From positions 1 through 38,818 of the forward strand of contig JBFGZH010000001.1 in assembly GCA_041586895.1 (NCBI GenBank): a stretch of 38,818 bases of DNA, given 5' to 3'. This DNA is from Psychromonas sp. (GTDB lineage Bacteria; Pseudomonadota; Gammaproteobacteria; Enterobacterales; Psychromonadaceae). Below the pieces are notes generated by a model. The model was not told the origin of the DNA. It ran no database searches and saw only the letters and a list, made by a program, of their open reading frames with translations. The translations under genes were made by a program, and so were the position numbers. Below, piece after piece: positions 36,016 to 38,818 of the stretch (position 1 is the first letter of the stretch; every line of letters begins with the position of its first letter).

Positions 36016-36371
36016 TTCAATACCTCCACTTTAATTTTAACATTTCCACCTTTTACTTTCTCGCCCTTTCTGATTGTTAGCACATCGATTTGCTCATCAT
36101 CAAGCCAGAACCCGGCATGTGTCAATGCATCGAACGGCGCTTTCACAAAATTGTCAATATCAAAACGCCTTAGTGTTGGCGGGTTAAGTGTTACCGATAC
36201 CGCCAAGCGATACGGCAATTTCTCATTATAAAGCGCTGCGCCTTCAATATATCGTATGGCTAACTCTCTGTACTCCCTACCACGCTTGCTGATTATCTGG
36301 CGATTGTTAACTGTGCGCCAGTAGCCATTGACAGATGGCGGGAATGGTAAAGTTATGTCGTAATCACTCAT
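36012..36371 (-). CDS. rusA: RusA-family Holliday junction resolvase
   Basis: LPFPPSVNGYWR, RRFDIDNFVK..FDAL, DDEQID. Confidence 0.93.
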   Translation of the reverse strand: MSDYDITLPFPPSVNGYWRTVNNRQIISKRGREYRELAIRYIEGAALYNEKLPYRLAVSVTLNPPTLRRFDIDNFVKAPFDALTHAGFWLDDEQIDVLTIRKGEKVKGGNVKIKVEVLK

Positions 36372-36585
36372 CACGCCCCCACATATTATTAAGCGCTGCT
36401 GCTATATCATTCGCTTTCTGCTCACTTCTAGCTTCTGCAAATATACGCCCATTTCTTGTGATGCACCAAACACCATCCTTGCTTATTGTTAACTCTTCTG
36501 TGACATAGCCTCGACCAAGATGCCAGCCTAGTGATGCTTTGCCGGTTTTCCTTACTGTTCGCTTTTCAACGATATAGACACTCAC
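36364..36585 (-). CDS. Hypothetical protein, 73 aa
   Basis: GTGA overlap; SD GAGGAG. Confidence 0.65.
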   Translation of the reverse strand: MSVYIVEKRTVRKTGKASLGWHLGRGYVTEELTISKDGVWCITRNGRIFAEARSEQKANDIAAALNNMWGRDE

Positions 36586-36866
36586 AGCCCCAACTCCTCA
36601 TCGATTGCTTTAATCTCTAGCATCATCTCAGCATCGCGGCGCCTCTTAGTAAATACTGGGTCAGCCCTTGAGTCACGCGGTTTTTTAGCTCTCGACTCGC
36701 TAATGCTTGCACGTACTTGCTGGTCAAATGGCTTGTCGTGCGCTTCATAACATGAGTTGCAGCGTTTGCGTGTTGGTAGTGGCTTCATTAAATAGTGACG
36801 CTCAAAGTCTTTATCCTCGCGCTCTTGCATACATTCAGCGCAGTAGTGAGAGTTTTTAATGTCCAT
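36582..36866 (-). CDS. Zn-finger protein
   Basis: CAEC...CNSC; start MDIKN chosen over the longer overlap. Confidence 0.65.
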   Translation of the reverse strand: MDIKNSHYCAECMQEREDKDFERHYLMKPLPTRKRCNSCYEAHDKPFDQQVRASISESRAKKPRDSRADPVFTKRRRDAEMMLEIKAIDEELGL

Positions 36867-37239
36867 ATTTACACCCGCCTTTAAATACCCTTCTATCAGT
36901 AAAAGCTTTGCTATATAGCAGTTCATCAAACATGTTGTGTTTAGTTACAACTGACTTCACCGCTTTCTCTGCCACCTGTAATCGCGTAGGTCGGCCAACA
37001 CCTGCCTGCTTGGCTTCCTGCATCATCATCATGTGCTGAGTTGCTGACATTCGGTAAAGGATTTTGTAAGGCGCTTCCTTTTTTTTGTCGAGCTGGTCTT
37101 TTAAGTGTAGCGCTCTCAATCTAGCTGCTGCACTGCTGATAGTCATATCTACCAGATTTGCAAACTCGACTGTTGTAAACCACTTATTAGGCGTCAACGC
37201 TTTGGCTATTTCTTCGATGTATACTGTATTGTAGTTCAT
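36856..37239 (-). CDS. Winged-HTH-like protein, 127 aa
   Basis: FTTVEFANLVDMTISSAAARLRAL; SD AGGAG. Confidence 0.6.
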   Translation of the reverse strand: MNYNTVYIEEIAKALTPNKWFTTVEFANLVDMTISSAAARLRALHLKDQLDKKKEAPYKILYRMSATQHMMMMQEAKQAGVGRPTRLQVAEKAVKSVVTKHNMFDELLYSKAFTDRRVFKGGCKYGH

Positions 37240-37296
37240 GCTTTCTCCTATCGCCCCACCTAAGCAGGGCTAAGTTACTGATTTATAAGTTAAATA

Positions 37297-37860
37297 CTAA
37301 AAGGGCACATCCTGGTCGAATGCTGGCTGTGCAGGTTGGCTCTGCTGCTGCGCTGGTGGAGTTCCCCACGACTGAGGCGCCGCCTGTTGCGTTGCAGGTG
37401 CCTGCTGGTATTGTGGTGCAGCTGGTGCCTGTGGTCGATGCTGTGGCTGCGCTGGTGGAGTTCCCCACGACTGAGGCGCCGCCTGTTGCGTTGCAGGTGC
37501 CTGCTGGTATTGTGGTGCAGCTGGTGCCTGTGGTCGATGCTGTGGCTGCGCTGATTGCTGACCTCCTCCCGCAAACTCAAAATCAACAAGCTTAGCAGAC
37601 ATGCCTGACTTCGCTTCACCATTGCTTATCCACGCCTCAGACTTCACGTCATCCATGGTTGCGACGATTTGAGTTCCTTTTGTGAAGTGGCTCACCAGCT
37701 TCTCAGCTCTCTGGCCAAACATCGCAACTTTGACCCATTGAGGCTTTTTGTTTTCGCCATATCCAATATCATAAACAACCGGCATCTCTAGTAATGTTGT
37801 ACCTGAGTTGGTTTGCTTCATCTCTGCGTCTTTACCAATTCGAACTAATTTCGTAAACAT
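37297..37860 (-). CDS. ssb: Single-stranded DNA-binding protein
   Basis: RIGKDAE...W....FGQRAE...KG OB fold; Q/P-rich linker; acidic tip FDQDVPF. Confidence 0.93.
   Translation of the reverse strand: MFTKLVRIGKDAEMKQTNSGTTLLEMPVVYDIGYGENKKPQWVKVAMFGQRAEKLVSHFTKGTQIVATMDDVKSEAWISNGEAKSGMSAKLVDFEFAGGGQQSAQPQHRPQAPAAPQYQQAPATQQAAPQSWGTPPAQPQHRPQAPAAPQYQQAPATQQAAPQSWGTPPAQQQSQPAQPAFDQDVPF
37347..37553. repeat. Exact tandem repeat, 2 x 99 bp + 9 bp
   Basis: Identical copies starting at 37347 and 37446, bounded by GCTGCGCTG. Confidence 0.95.
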
Positions 37861-37873
37861 TTTGCTTTCCTTT

Positions 37874-38392
37874 TTATTTAATTAACGATTCAATTTTTGC
37901 TTTATATGCAAGGTCTTTAATTTGCTCTAAAACTTCCGGGTTAGATTTTGCTGCTTCTATCCATTTTTTATCAACTTCGGTTACAACTGGCTCCCTTACG
38001 TCGCAAGCATCATCATCTGTCTGAGCCAGTCCGATAATTGCACTATACGCATAACGGCGCATAAATGTAATGCTCGCACCCATTGCCTGAGCTGGGTTTT
38101 TGCCAGCGCCACCCATCAATACGGCTTTAGTTATCAAAAATGACGATGATATATAACCGCCTGCTTCATGGGTCAGGACTGTTTCTATCTCAGTACCTCG
38201 CTCAGTCTCGTTTAACAGTTGGACCACCGCTAGCCCGTTATTTGCTAGTGGCTTTTGAGCTGTCTTAATACACTGTGCGAGATCGGCATATTGATATCCG
38301 TGACCAGCCTTAGCTTTAAATGCGCCAGTTAGCTCGCTTTGCATCTTTGAGATAGCCAGGAATAGCTCTGGCCTGTTATTTTCGCTTATCAT
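37874..38392 (-). CDS. erf: ERF-family single-strand annealing recombinase
   Basis: YQYADL, PLANNGL, QAMGASITFMRRYAYSAIIGL..DDDA. Confidence 0.92.
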   Translation of the reverse strand: MISENNRPELFLAISKMQSELTGAFKAKAGHGYQYADLAQCIKTAQKPLANNGLAVVQLLNETERGTEIETVLTHEAGGYISSSFLITKAVLMGGAGKNPAQAMGASITFMRRYAYSAIIGLAQTDDDACDVREPVVTEVDKKWIEAAKSNPEVLEQIKDLAYKAKIESLIK

Positions 38393-38402
38393 ATCACCCT
38401 CC

Positions 38403-38594
38403 TTAAAATGGCATTTGCTTTTCGAGGTCATCAGCTACGCGCTTGATTAACTCGATTGTGCTTTCATACGGCTTGCCCTTAATATCTTCACCGGCCCATG
38501 TTGATGCCGCAAAGTTTAGCAACTCCTGGTCAGTCAGACTTAATAGCTCCAATCTGATTTTATCTGCGCTCTCTCTATCCGTCAGCCTTTCCAT
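38403..38594 (-). CDS. Hypothetical protein, 63 aa
   Basis: SD GGGAG; packed between neighbours. Confidence 0.65.
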   Translation of the reverse strand: MERLTDRESADKIRLELLSLTDQELLNFAASTWAGEDIKGKPYESTIELIKRVADDLEKQMPF

Positions 38595-38595
38595 G

Positions 38596-38796
38596 TTAAT
38601 CTCCCATTTTCACGTTTTTGCGACCGTAGCCGCGTGACGTATCTACCCGATCAGCGCCGTTTGCGTACTGATCGGACTTCTTGTTCATGTTATCGCACAT
38701 AACATTAATAGTGCGCTCCATTTTTTCTTCCCGGTTAACTGCATGTGCCGCTGGATTAGCTGCAATGCTAGCAACCAGGTTCGCGTATTTACTCAT
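38596..38796 (-). CDS. Hypothetical protein, 66 aa (its 5' part is repeated at 1..172)
   Basis: Start MSKYANL with SD GGAGG; differences between the two copies are mostly synonymous, supporting this frame. Confidence 0.8.
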   Translation of the reverse strand: MSKYANLVASIAANPAAHAVNREEKMERTINVMCDNMNKKSDQYANGADRVDTSRGYGRKNVKMGD

Positions 38797-38818
38797 TATA
38801 GCCTCCGCATTCATCATA
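38625..38818. repeat. Terminal direct repeat / circular overlap, right copy
   Basis: Matches 1..194 with 6 mismatches. Confidence 0.95.

Noticed and set aside
37283-37622. Several overlapping ORFs around ssb
   Set aside because: Alternative frames kept open by the GC-rich 99-bp repeat.
1-38818. Integrase, CI repressor, tRNA or Cas genes
   Set aside because: No recombinase catalytic motifs, no S24 peptidase repressor, no tRNA cloverleaf with T-loop and no cas motifs recognised; very divergent versions cannot be excluded by eye.

Overview
The window is an apparently complete ~38.6 kb tailed-phage (siphovirus-type) genome. Its two ends overlap by 194 bp with 6 mismatches. Gene content and regulatory motifs suggest a gammaproteobacterial host (inference). 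No integrase or CI-type repressor was recognised. A divergent promoter pair near 370-470 drives a rightward arm (RHH protein, small early genes, KilA-N, ParB-like, HNH-like endonuclease, SF2 helicase, primase). It also drives a long leftward arm (ERF, SSB, RusA, M15A endolysin, PAPS-reductase-like protein, holin candidates, terminase, portal, head, head fibres, tail, tail tip and fibres). The standout feature is an array at 2479-3322 of four attC-like sites (56-65 bp, RYATAAC...GTTATGY) separating three single-gene units of 241, 244 and 301 bp. This looks like an integron gene-cassette array in a phage that encodes no integrase, with sites apparently in reverse polarity to the genes and placed at the end of an early operon. 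Other points are several candidate structured RNAs, a -1 tail-chaperone frameshift, a 7-repeat beta-propeller inserted in a tail protein, a shared N-terminal motif on three head-region proteins and an exact 99-bp duplication in ssb. All functional calls come from motif recognition and gene order, not database searches.
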